43,939 bases of DNA. Origin: an uncultured Verrucomicrobiota bacterium (GTDB taxonomy: Bacteria; Verrucomicrobiota; Verrucomicrobiia; Limisphaerales; SIBE01). The notes under the pieces are model-generated. The model saw nothing but the letters and a program-made list of their open reading frames with translations, was not told where the DNA came from and did not search any database. The stretch covers positions 1-43,939 of the forward strand of contig CAYHFE010000005.1 of the NCBI GenBank assembly GCA_964355375.1. The letters are read 5' to 3'. Position numbers and translations under genes: made by a program. Shown piece by piece: positions 18,279 to 26,835 of this stretch. Position 1 is the first letter of the stretch. Each line of letters begins with the position of its first letter.

Positions 18279-19765
18279 GCGCTCCCTTGCTCGAGATGCG
18301 CGACATCTCCAAGAGCTTCCCCGGAGTGCAGGCGCTCCGCGCTGTCCACTTTCGCGTCGCGCAGGGCGAAATCGTTTGCCTCTTAGGCGAGAATGGAGCC
18401 GGCAAATCCACGCTGATGAAAATCCTGACCGGCGTGCATCGCCCCGACCAAGGGGCGATCCTGGTGGACGGGCGCGACGTTCGCTTCCGCGGCACCCGCG
18501 AGGCGTTTGAGCTGGGGATCAGCATCGTCTTCCAGGAGTTCAACCTCTGCCCGAATCTTTCGGCGATGGAGAATCTCTATCTCGGGCACGAGGTGCGCGG
18601 GCGCTGGGGTTTGCTCTCCTACCGGCAGATGCGCGCGCAGGCTCGCGCCGCCTTCGCCAGTTTGCGCACCGTCATTGATCCCGATGCGCTGGTCAAGGAT
18701 CTGGGCGTGGCGCAGCAGCAAATGATTGAAGTCGCCAAAGCGTTGTCTCACCGCACGCGCATCCTCATCATGGATGAGCCGACCTCGGCCTTGGCCGGAA
18801 CCGAGATTCAGAATCTTTTCCGCATCATGCGCGAGCTGAAAGATCGGGGGATTTCCATCGTTTTCATTTCCCACAAACTCCATGAGGTCCTCGAAATCTC
18901 GGATCGCGTCGTCTGCTTGAAAGACGGGGGAAACTCCGGAGAGGTGGAGACTCGATCGGCCACCGAAGACACGTTAGTCAGCATGATGGTGGGCCGGGAA
19001 TTGAGCCACCTCTATGCGGAGCGCCAACAGCGTCCCGGCGGAAAGGTCGTGCTGGAAGTGCGCGATCTCTCCGGTCCACCCATGATTCAGAACGTCTCCT
19101 TCCAACTGCGCCGCGGCGAAATCGTCGGCCTGGCCGGCCTGATTGGCGCGGGTCGCACCGAACTCGCCCGCCTTCTCATGGGCGCGGAACGAAAAACGTC
19201 CGGGACTATTTTGCTCGATGGCCAAGAGGTGATGATCCGTCATCCCGCCGATGCGGTGGCGCGCCGCATGGGATACGCGTCGGAAGATCGCAAGCAACTG
19301 GGGCTCGTCCTGCCCATGTCCGTCCGTGAAAACACGACGATGACGGTGCATCCGCGCATGGTGAATCGGCTTGGCCTGATGAGCGCGGCCAAGGAAAACG
19401 AGATCACCGATCGCTACATCGGCCGACTCCAGATCAAGGTCTCCAGCCGCGAACAGGTCACCCGAAACCTCTCCGGCGGCAACCAGCAGAAGGTCGTGCT
19501 GGCCAAGTGGCTGGCGATTCAACCGCGGGTCTTAATCCTCGACGAACCAACCCGTGGCATCGACGTGGGTGCCAAAGCTGAGGTCCATCGGATCATTTCC
19601 GGCTTGGCCGACGAAGGCGTCTCCATCCTGCTCATCTCCTCGGAACTGCCGGAAATCCTCCATGTCGCCGACCGGGTGCTGGTGATGCATGAGGGGCGGC
19701 TCACGGCGGATTTGCCCCGCGCCCAAGCCACCGAAGAAGCCATCATGAAGGCTGCGATTAGGTAG
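18275..19765 (+). CDS. Sugar ABC transporter ATP-binding protein (RbsA-like, two NBDs)
   Basis: ATGA overlap with the permease; GENGAGKST, IMDEPT, LSGGNQQKV and DEPTRGIDVGAK motifs. Confidence 0.95.
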   Translation: MSAPLLEMRDISKSFPGVQALRAVHFRVAQGEIVCLLGENGAGKSTLMKILTGVHRPDQGAILVDGRDVRFRGTREAFELGISIVFQEFNLCPNLSAMENLYLGHEVRGRWGLLSYRQMRAQARAAFASLRTVIDPDALVKDLGVAQQQMIEVAKALSHRTRILIMDEPTSALAGTEIQNLFRIMRELKDRGISIVFISHKLHEVLEISDRVVCLKDGGNSGEVETRSATEDTLVSMMVGRELSHLYAERQQRPGGKVVLEVRDLSGPPMIQNVSFQLRRGEIVGLAGLIGAGRTELARLLMGAERKTSGTILLDGQEVMIRHPADAVARRMGYASEDRKQLGLVLPMSVRENTTMTVHPRMVNRLGLMSAAKENEITDRYIGRLQIKVSSREQVTRNLSGGNQQKVVLAKWLAIQPRVLILDEPTRGIDVGAKAEVHRIISGLADEGVSILLISSELPEILHVADRVLVMHEGRLTADLPRAQATEEAIMKAAIR

Positions 19766-19965
19766 TCGAATCCATGGCCGTGGGAATTGGGGAGCAGACG
19801 CGCCCTCGCGTGGGCCGACCGGCGCCCACGCCGGTCGGAACGAAGGCCCCGTTCCGTTACTAAACGGCGACCTGTTCGGACCGGCAAATGTGGCCGGCGA
19901 GGGCGCCGGCCACCGCACGCGAGGGCGCGCGCGCTCCCCAGCTCAACGGAATAGTCACGGCTTAG
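19766..19965. mobile_element. Shell-type element carrying the full GGGGAGC...GCTCCCC multi-hairpin core (19789..19939)
   Basis: Inverted repeat GGGGAGCAGACGCGCCCTCGCGTG / CACGCGAGGGCGCGCGCGCTCCCC; right end CAACGGAATAGTCACGG-CTTAG. Confidence 0.75.
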
Positions 19966-20014
19966 CGCTGGCGGCTATCTTGGCCGGGACGTCAGCCAGC
20001 CCTCCTGGCACGAA

Positions 20015-22042
20015 TCAACGCGCCGGTCCGGAGGCCGGAGCGAGTTGACGCAGGGTTTCAAAGTCCGCATCGCCGGCCGCCGGATCAAAGCGCAGCGCCC
20101 GTTCCGATGCCAAGAGATCGTCGTATTCCTTTTGCAGCCGCGCTCGCACGCCGCTCTGGGCCCCGACCACGTAAAGGCCCGCCACATCCACGCGGTCGCG
20201 AATCTCGAGGCGGCCATCACGCCGCGCGAAATCGACTTCATGGATCCCCGCGCCATCGATGCGAAACACCTCCGCGGGTTGAGCCAGATAGGCAGGCAAG
20301 CGAAATTCAAAGACGCCGGCCCGAGGCGCAAACTTGAAGACCTTTTCCGCCGGGTCGGGAAGGTAGGCGAGATCATGCGCGAACAACACTCCGCCGTTGG
20401 GACCAGTCACCGAAGCCAAATCCCAATCCGGCTTCCCGTCCCGCGTTGCGCGGCGATACTCGAAGGCGTCACCTTCAAGCAGCAAATCCGCCATCAAACG
20501 AATCTCCCGATCCACCCGCGTGATCGGTTCGATCAAATCGCGGAATTTCAGCAATGATTTCAGACTCAGGTTAAACCAATAGAGGGAGGTGATGCGGCTG
20601 CTCAAGGCGTGATAGGCTTGGGCACGCAGCTCATCCGGCGTCGGCGAACCGCGCCGCGTCCGGCTGTTCCAATCATGATGCGCACCCTGCGACCAATAGG
20701 CGATTGGGCGCGGCCGATTCAGATCCCGCAGGCTGCGGGTCAAATCGCCGATCGTTTCCAGCGGCGCGCCCCAGCGGAGGCGCTCGCCGCCCCAGCGATC
20801 ATACGAACCCCAGGCGTCCGCCGCCGGTGCGCTCACCCGATAGGCGTCGTAATGCGGATAATCCGAGAGACCGGCGTAATCCCGCCAGACCCGTTCCTCG
20901 CTATGGGTGAGAGACGTGGCCAGCCGCGACGAATGGTAAGGGAGAAACGCACGCCAGACTTCCTGCGGCGGCACCGGCCGGCCGCCGCCATACTGCGGCT
21001 CACCCAGAAACTCGACGGCATGAATCCGCGGCAGAAGGGCATCGGTGTCGTATCGCTCGATCGGCTGCAAGCGGTTGAAGAGGCGGAGCGGATAGCGGGT
21101 GTAGAGTTCATCATTGTCGGTGTAGCCGGGCACGTCACCAATGTGAGCGGTGTCGATATGCATTCGTTTCAATGTCTTCAGAAACGGCTCCGTCGTGAGC
21201 GGGTTGGTCCGGCCGCTCCCCTCGGAAACCCAGCCGCCACTGATGTCAAACCGCTCGCGCTTGATCCGAACATGAGCCCAAAGCGACGCGACTTGGCCGT
21301 TCGGGTCCGCGGTCTGAACTTCGATCGCGCCATAGCTCAACGGGAGCGGACCAGTCTCGGCCACCCATCCGCCCTTTTCGCCCGCGGGGATTCCCCCCCG
21401 GGCCGGAAACGACAGAAAATTCGTCAGCCAAGCGTGGGGGCGCAAGATCAGGAACTCAGACGGGCTCGACGGCAGCCACAAACGGCACGCGCGCATCAGC
21501 AGGGGCTGGCGAGTCGTGTTGGCCAGATGAATGACCACGCGAGACGGCCGAACCGAGTCATTCGTGCCCAGAAAGGTGACCGCCGAGATCCAAGCCTCGG
21601 GGGCCTCGAGGACGAACGGTATTCGGCCAGACCAGTTCTGGGCGCGAATCTCGACTTCATGCCGCGTGTTCGCACCCCAAGTCGCGCGCCGACTATTGAA
21701 AGCCCAGACGGTGAGCGCTCCGGGAGGCAGAGCGAAACGGGAATTGGTCCGTGCCGACGGGGTGTCGTGCCACGCCCAATCGCCGAGCGCGAGCCATTCG
21801 GAGGGTATCTTGCCATCAAACCGGGAAACGAGATCCGGGGTGACGCCCAGAGATTCCGATCCGTCATTCCTCAGGAACAACTCGACCCGGGCGCCGAGCT
21901 CCGGATCAGACGCTCGCCGATATCGCAGGTTGGGGGATTGACTGTGTGGTGTGACGGACAGACCGATGATTTCCAGGGCGGGAGCCGGGCTCGAGAAGAC
22001 CAGAGCCGCCGCCAGAACGTAGAGGTGCAACTGAAAGCGCAT
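20015..22042 (-). CDS. Secreted hypothetical protein with a C-terminal glycoside-hydrolase-like (beta/alpha) region
   Basis: Signal peptide MRFQLHLYVLAAALVFSSPAPA with AAGGTGG upstream of the ATG; motifs EFLGEPQ, HYDAY, YWSQG and PTPDELRAQAYHAL...LYWF. Confidence 0.7.
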   Translation of the reverse strand: MRFQLHLYVLAAALVFSSPAPALEIIGLSVTPHSQSPNLRYRRASDPELGARVELFLRNDGSESLGVTPDLVSRFDGKIPSEWLALGDWAWHDTPSARTNSRFALPPGALTVWAFNSRRATWGANTRHEVEIRAQNWSGRIPFVLEAPEAWISAVTFLGTNDSVRPSRVVIHLANTTRQPLLMRACRLWLPSSPSEFLILRPHAWLTNFLSFPARGGIPAGEKGGWVAETGPLPLSYGAIEVQTADPNGQVASLWAHVRIKRERFDISGGWVSEGSGRTNPLTTEPFLKTLKRMHIDTAHIGDVPGYTDNDELYTRYPLRLFNRLQPIERYDTDALLPRIHAVEFLGEPQYGGGRPVPPQEVWRAFLPYHSSRLATSLTHSEERVWRDYAGLSDYPHYDAYRVSAPAADAWGSYDRWGGERLRWGAPLETIGDLTRSLRDLNRPRPIAYWSQGAHHDWNSRTRRGSPTPDELRAQAYHALSSRITSLYWFNLSLKSLLKFRDLIEPITRVDREIRLMADLLLEGDAFEYRRATRDGKPDWDLASVTGPNGGVLFAHDLAYLPDPAEKVFKFAPRAGVFEFRLPAYLAQPAEVFRIDGAGIHEVDFARRDGRLEIRDRVDVAGLYVVGAQSGVRARLQKEYDDLLASERALRFDPAAGDADFETLRQLAPASGPAR

Positions 22043-22100
22043 AATGGCCACCTTACCGTGAACCCCCGATCAATGCGAGCCCTCGATCCGCTCGACGCAT

Positions 22101-22154
22101 GTCGTCCCGGCTTCAGCCGGTTTTCACGTGGCGACCGGCTGAAGCCGGGACTAC
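22101..22154. repeat. GTAG-type REP doublet (REPIN-like)
   Basis: GTCGTCCCGGCTTCAGCCGG, a spacer, then CCGGCTGAAGCCGGGACTAC. Each half has its own CCGGCT/AGCCGG hairpin, and the right half reads GTAG on the minus strand. Confidence 0.75.
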
Positions 22155-22231
22155 ATACTTGTCAAAATGAGAATTGCTGGGGTGACTCGGGTCACCCTTG
22201 CGAGCCTCTGTCCGGTGCGATAGGATGGGGT

Positions 22232-23653
22232 ATGAAGATAGGATGCGCGATTTTCTCGTTGTTCATGATGCTGGTCCCAGCGGGCTTTGAATCCCACGGC
22301 GCGAGCTTGGAACAAGCGGAGTTGCGAAAGGTCTTCATCCTTCCCATCCGCGACGATATCATGCCTCCGCTGCTTTACCTGGTCCGCCGCGGAGTGAAGG
22401 AGGCCATTCAAGCCCAAGCCGACCTGCTCATCCTTGATATGGAAACCAACGGCGGGCGGGTCGATACGACGGAAGAGCTCATCGAGATCCTCGGCAAGTT
22501 CAAAGGCAAGACGGTGACCTTCGTCAATCGCAAGGCCTTCTCCGCCGGCTCCTTCATCGCGGTCGCGACGCAGCAAATCTACATGGCACCGCAAAGCGTC
22601 ATCGGCGCGGCCGCTCCGATCATGCTGGCACCCGGCGCCGGGGTTCAGGAAATGCCCAACACGATGGAGGTGAAGATGACCTCCGGAATCAGCGCCTTGA
22701 TTCGCGCCGTCGCCGAAAAGAACGGCCATAACGTCGAGGTCGTGGAAGCCATGATCAACAAGAACAAAGAGCTGAAGATCGATGGCAAGGTGATTAACGA
22801 GAAAGGCCAAATCCTGACGCTGAACAATGTCGAAGCCGAGCGCGAATACGGATCTCCGGCCAAGCCTCTGCTCTCCGCGGGAACGGTCGAAAACCTGGAT
22901 GAGCTCGTGGCCAAGCTCGGGTACCGGGGCGCTCGGCGGATCGGAATCCAGCCGACCGGGGTCGAGAAACTGGGGAGCTGGATCAACTCGATCAGTCCGC
23001 TGCTCTTGATCATCGGAATCATTGGAATCTACATCGAATTCAAGACGCCGGGATTTGGCTTGCCCGGAATCGTGGGCCTGAGCGCATTCGCCATTTATTT
23101 CTTTGGCGGATACGTGGCCGGCCTCTCCGGCGCGGAATGGGTGGCGGTATTCGCCCTGGGGCTGGTGCTGTTCGTCCTCGAACTGCTCGTCTTCCCCGGA
23201 ACCGTCCTCCTCGGCGTCATCGGCGCGGCCTTGATGCTGGGGGCGATCATCATGGCGATGGTGGACATCTATCCGGCCATGCCGGGATTGCCGACCTCGG
23301 TCCGCATTCGGGTCCCAGTGCAGGAAATCCTCTTCAATCTCTCCGTCGCGGTGGCGGGTTCGGCGGTCGCCGCCTGGCTGGTCAGTCGGTGGCTCCCCAA
23401 GACCGCTCTATACGCGGCTCTCGTCTCAACGGCGGCCAGCGGGGAAGTCTCCTTGACCCACCAGGAAGCCAGGCAACGCCGGAGGCTGGGCGAGATTGGC
23501 GTCACCATGTCCGCGTTGCACCCTGGAGGCAAAGCTCAGTTTGGGGACCAAATCCTCGACGTGATTTCGCAGGGCGAGATGATACCGAAGAACGAACGGG
23601 TCAAAATCATCGGTCACAGCGGCGCGGAAGCCATCGTGGAAAGCACCAACTGA
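22232..23653 (+). CDS. nfeD: Long-form NfeD membrane-bound ClpP-class serine protease
   Basis: ILDMETNGG, AFSAGSFIA, IYMAPQSVIGAAAP, IEFKTPGFG; C-terminal OB fold (LHPGGKA...DVISQGEMI). Confidence 0.88.
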   Translation: MKIGCAIFSLFMMLVPAGFESHGASLEQAELRKVFILPIRDDIMPPLLYLVRRGVKEAIQAQADLLILDMETNGGRVDTTEELIEILGKFKGKTVTFVNRKAFSAGSFIAVATQQIYMAPQSVIGAAAPIMLAPGAGVQEMPNTMEVKMTSGISALIRAVAEKNGHNVEVVEAMINKNKELKIDGKVINEKGQILTLNNVEAEREYGSPAKPLLSAGTVENLDELVAKLGYRGARRIGIQPTGVEKLGSWINSISPLLLIIGIIGIYIEFKTPGFGLPGIVGLSAFAIYFFGGYVAGLSGAEWVAVFALGLVLFVLELLVFPGTVLLGVIGAALMLGAIIMAMVDIYPAMPGLPTSVRIRVPVQEILFNLSVAVAGSAVAAWLVSRWLPKTALYAALVSTAASGEVSLTHQEARQRRRLGEIGVTMSALHPGGKAQFGDQILDVISQGEMIPKNERVKIIGHSGAEAIVESTN

Positions 23654-23779
23654 ACGCCCCGCCACGAGTGCTGGCGTCCTGCGGGGATCAGGCACCCGGA
23701 AAGATCCTCCGCGAAGAACCTGCGCTTTCGCCAGCCCCAAGCTCGGTTTCAGGCGATCGGCCGGTTCTCGCTCGAATTA

Positions 23780-23899
23780 GAGCCTGTCTGAAATTTCGTC
23801 TTCCTCGGAGGAGTCGAAGTGACGAAACTCATTTCTTCTGGGGAAACTGCGAGAAGTGGGCCTGCTGACAGAGGCTCCTCCGGCTTTTCAGACACGCTC
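23780..23899. mobile_element. 120-bp MITE, family A
   Basis: TIR GAGCCTGTCTGAAA / TTTCAGACACGCTC (13 of 14 complementary). The interior is an inverted homologue of 9251..9382. Confidence 0.8.
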
Positions 23900-23902
23900 G
23901 AG

Positions 23903-24376
23903 CTAAGGCCTGGCCGGGGGACGCTGCTCGGGAGACTCAGGCGCACCATTGGAGCGCGGCCCATGATCACGCCAGCCCTCCCGGTTTTTGGTGTCCGGCG
24001 GCCGATTGGACCCACGAGGCTTGAAAACTTCCTCGTAGCGCTTTTGTTGTTCTTCTGTCAGCTCCGACCGGATGCGCTCCCGCAGCTTGCGGTGAACCTC
24101 GCCGGCCTGCGGCGCGATTGACTCCCAAAGCTGACGAGTCTGCTCCTGGCTCTCCCGAAGATACTGTTCGATCCGTTCGCGCTGGGTCGGTGTCAACGCC
24201 AGCTCTTTTTGCATGCGACCAATCAAGTCTCGCGGCGGTCGAGGTCCGTTGAAGGCCGGAGAACTTCGTGGAGTGGGCGGGGGTGGCTGAAGGTACATCC
24301 GCCAAGTGAGACTTCCCGTGACCGCTCCGGCGGCAAAAATAACCAAGGCGGCAAGAATGGCCTTCCACTGTTTCAC
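23903..24376 (-). CDS. Membrane-anchored Spy/CpxP-like helical periplasmic protein
   Basis: GTGA overlap with the upstream gene; N-terminal TM (ILAALVIFAAGAVTG); two LTxxQ motifs (LALTPTQ, ELTEEQ). Confidence 0.7.
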   Translation of the reverse strand: MKQWKAILAALVIFAAGAVTGSLTWRMYLQPPPPTPRSSPAFNGPRPPRDLIGRMQKELALTPTQRERIEQYLRESQEQTRQLWESIAPQAGEVHRKLRERIRSELTEEQQKRYEEVFKPRGSNRPPDTKNREGWRDHGPRSNGAPESPEQRPPARP

Positions 24377-24678
24377 CAGGTGTCCTGCAGATGATCCAGC
24401 GGAGCCAACACGGTATCCTCCAGATCGGCGGCGAGAGTGTCCGTAGCCAGGTTCAAATCCGAAGAAATCGCCGCCCAAACGCCCATGACCAACGTGATCG
24501 CCACGCACGGAGCGGCGGCTTTCCAAAGGAGCCGACTCCACAGTGTCCACACGTCCACCGCAGCTTCCGAGACGATTCGTGCCATGATCCTCTTCTCGAA
24601 GGCAAAAGGCACCTGAGTGCTCGTCGGAAGGAGCCGGGCAGCCGCCAAGATTTTCTTCTGTAATTCGACAACATTCAT
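24373..24678 (-). CDS. Small single-TM putative anti-sigma factor
   Basis: Directly downstream of the ECF sigma gene; VPFAFEKRIMARI followed by one TM helix. Confidence 0.7.
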   Translation of the reverse strand: MNVVELQKKILAAARLLPTSTQVPFAFEKRIMARIVSEAAVDVWTLWSRLLWKAAAPCVAITLVMGVWAAISSDLNLATDTLAADLEDTVLAPLDHLQDTW

Positions 24679-24729
24679 AAAGCCTCGGTTAAAACAGACG
24701 CGCCTCACATCTCGGCGGTTACAGATCGG

Positions 24730-25305
24730 TTAGAGATACTTTTCCTGCGCCATTCGCCGCAAGATTTTTCGCATTTCGGCCCGCGCCCGAAAGGCCCGCA
24801 CTTTGACCAGGGGAACCGACCACCCGGTCAATTGCGCGATCTCTTTCACAGATCTCTCTTCAATTTCGAGCAAGTTAATGACCAAACGGGCGGAGGGCGA
24901 GAGTTGAGTCAGAATCTTTTCGATGAGCTCGCGGGCCGCCGCCGCCTTGTCGGTGTCCGCCGTCGGGCTGGCAATAAACTGATCCAGCCAATCCGTCTCT
25001 TGAAGACCGATGTCGGCGAACGGAGTTTCCCGATTCCGCTGATGGGTGCGAAGGAAGTCGTAACAAGTCCGGACCGCCAAGCGCATCAGCCAGTGTTCGA
25101 AAGGCGCTTCCGCCCGATAGCTGGACAGCTTCTGGAACGCCTTGATGAACACCTCCTGAACGACGTCCTCGATCTCGCTCTCGCGCCGCGCGTAGCGACG
25201 GGCCGCGGCAAAGATGCGGGGCTGATACTTCCGGATGAGGGGCTCAAAACTTGCAGGATCACCTTGAAGCACAGCTTCAATCAATTCCGCATCGGTCGGT
25301 TCCAT
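24730..25305 (-). CDS. ECF-family RNA polymerase sigma factor
   Basis: DAELIEAVLQGD, EDVVQEVFIKAF, FEHWLMRLA and SVKEIAQLTGWSVPLVKVRAFRAR motifs. Confidence 0.93.
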   Translation of the reverse strand: MEPTDAELIEAVLQGDPASFEPLIRKYQPRIFAAARRYARRESEIEDVVQEVFIKAFQKLSSYRAEAPFEHWLMRLAVRTCYDFLRTHQRNRETPFADIGLQETDWLDQFIASPTADTDKAAAARELIEKILTQLSPSARLVINLLEIEERSVKEIAQLTGWSVPLVKVRAFRARAEMRKILRRMAQEKYL

Positions 25306-25543
25306 CACCGGAGAATCTGACACACCGCCCCTCGAGGCAAAAGCCAAAAGCCTGTTTGAGCCCACCCCGCTCGCCTGGCGGCGCGATTTCGACGCCCGAA
25401 TTCACCCGCTGGACCGCGTGTATCATGTCCTGGCCCAGGCAAAAACACCTCCGCTCCGGAACGTCCTTCGGCTCCGAATAAAGGCCGCCCCCGGCGAAGC
25501 TGGCGATGGCGAAAAACAAGGCCGAAATGCGGGAAAATGCGGG

Positions 25544-25572
25544 TTGACACCACCAAAGGCCAAAACTACTCT
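25544..25572 (+). promoter_or_regulatory. sigma70-type promoter of rpsU
   Basis: TTGACA (25544-25549), 17-nt spacer, TACTCT (25567-25572). Confidence 0.7.
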
Positions 25573-25654
25573 CCCGCTGACTTTATCACACGGCGAGGGT
25601 CGTTGAATGTTCCTCGCCAGTGGACACTCAGTCGTGGAGAGGAAGTGAAATAGA

Positions 25655-25852
25655 TTGACTGAAATTAAACTCAGAAAGGGCGAGCCGGTAGAAAGAGCGC
25701 TGCGCCGGTTGAAGAAGAGGATTGATCGGGAAGGCACCTTGAAAGAGGTGCGAGGCCATCGTCACTTCGAAAAACCGAGCGAGAAGCGCCGGCGCAAGAT
25801 GAAAGTCGCTCGATTCTCGGCGATGCTGAGCGCCCGTTACGCGGATCTGTAA
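25655..25852 (+). CDS. rpsU: 30S ribosomal protein S21
   Basis: KGEPVERALRRLKK...RHFEKPSEKRRRK; TTG start with GGAGAGG upstream. Confidence 0.95.
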   Translation: MTEIKLRKGEPVERALRRLKKRIDREGTLKEVRGHRHFEKPSEKRRRKMKVARFSAMLSARYADL

Positions 25853-25869
25853 GCGATCGACTTCTCAGG

Positions 25870-25913
25870 GCCGAGTGCTGTCCAGTTTGAGAACCGGCAG
25901 ACTCGGCTTTTTT
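25870..25913 (+). terminator. Rho-independent terminator after rpsU
   Basis: GCCGAGT...ACTCGGC stem followed by TTTTTT. Confidence 0.7.
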
Positions 25914-25920
25914 CGTTATT

Positions 25921-26835
25921 ATGTACTCTCTATCGACCTGCTGGAACTCCAGCCGCCATACCGACGGAAGGGCCATGCTTCGGGAGATCCGTGACCTCGG
26001 CTTCGAGTATGCGGAACTGAGCCACGGGATTCGCATCAGCCTTCTGCCCGGCGTGATGGAAGCGGTGGATGCCGGAGAAATCAAGATTTCCACCCTCCAC
26101 AACTTCTGCCCTTTGCCCATCGGTGTGAACCACGCCGCGCCCAATCTGTTCAAATTCACCTCCTCGGATACTCGGGAACGGGAAAACGCCTACCGCCACT
26201 CCATCAAGACCATCGAAACCGCCGCCCGCCTGAAGGCGCATTTGGTCGTCCTCCACATGGGCTGCATCGAGATGAAGGATTACACCGACAAACTGGTGGA
26301 GATGCTGGCGGACGGTCAGAAGGAATCCTCCAAGTACCAGAAACTCTGCCAGGAGGTCGAAAGGAAGCGCGAACAGAAGAAGGAGAAATGCGTGACCCTG
26401 GCCAACGAAATGTTGGGCCGTCTGCTCGAGCACGCGGAACCCCGGGGCATCAAACTGGGGATCGAGAACCGGGAAGCGCTCGAAGAAATTCCGCTCGACA
26501 GCGACTTCGGCTTCCTCTTCGCCGAGTTCAACTCTCCCTGCGTCCGATACTGGCACGACACCGGTCACGCCCAAATCAAGGAGAATCTCGGATTCCTCCG
26601 CCACGCCATGCACTTGGAATCGATGGCCGAGCAACTGGCGGGATTCCACATTCATGATGTCCAGTTTCCCGGCCAGGACCATTGCCCTCCCGGCAGTGGC
26701 ATGATCGACTTCGCCGCTCTCAAACCATTCGTCCGCCCCGATCATCTCAAGGTCTTCGAATTGAGCCCGAGGGTTCCAGTCGAGCATCTCCAGGCCGGAG
26801 TGTCGCACGTGAAGTCGATTTGGGGCGACGTGTGA
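25921..26835 (+). CDS. Sugar phosphate isomerase/epimerase (AP_endonuc_2 TIM barrel)
   Basis: Metal-ligand motifs GIENR, WHDTGH, HIHD and VFEL. Confidence 0.85.
   Translation: MYSLSTCWNSSRHTDGRAMLREIRDLGFEYAELSHGIRISLLPGVMEAVDAGEIKISTLHNFCPLPIGVNHAAPNLFKFTSSDTRERENAYRHSIKTIETAARLKAHLVVLHMGCIEMKDYTDKLVEMLADGQKESSKYQKLCQEVERKREQKKEKCVTLANEMLGRLLEHAEPRGIKLGIENREALEEIPLDSDFGFLFAEFNSPCVRYWHDTGHAQIKENLGFLRHAMHLESMAEQLAGFHIHDVQFPGQDHCPPGSGMIDFAALKPFVRPDHLKVFELSPRVPVEHLQAGVSHVKSIWGDV

Noticed and set aside
20609-22231. 541-aa N-terminal extension of NfeD in the ORF track
   Set aside because: It is the antisense shadow of the 20015..22042 gene. NfeD has its own signal peptide from ATG 22232.
23651-23690. 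Other TGA stops followed by GC-rich hairpins as possible Sec codons
   Set aside because: The NfeD domain is complete at this stop, and I saw no fdhF-like hairpin at the proper spacing here or at the other TGA stops I inspected.
25921-26835. AP_endonuc_2 protein as the partner of DUF1080 in a 3-keto-glycoside pathway
   Set aside because: It is 11 kb away, has no signal peptide, and sits in the rpsU-flippase-cca run. Nothing in the sequence links them.
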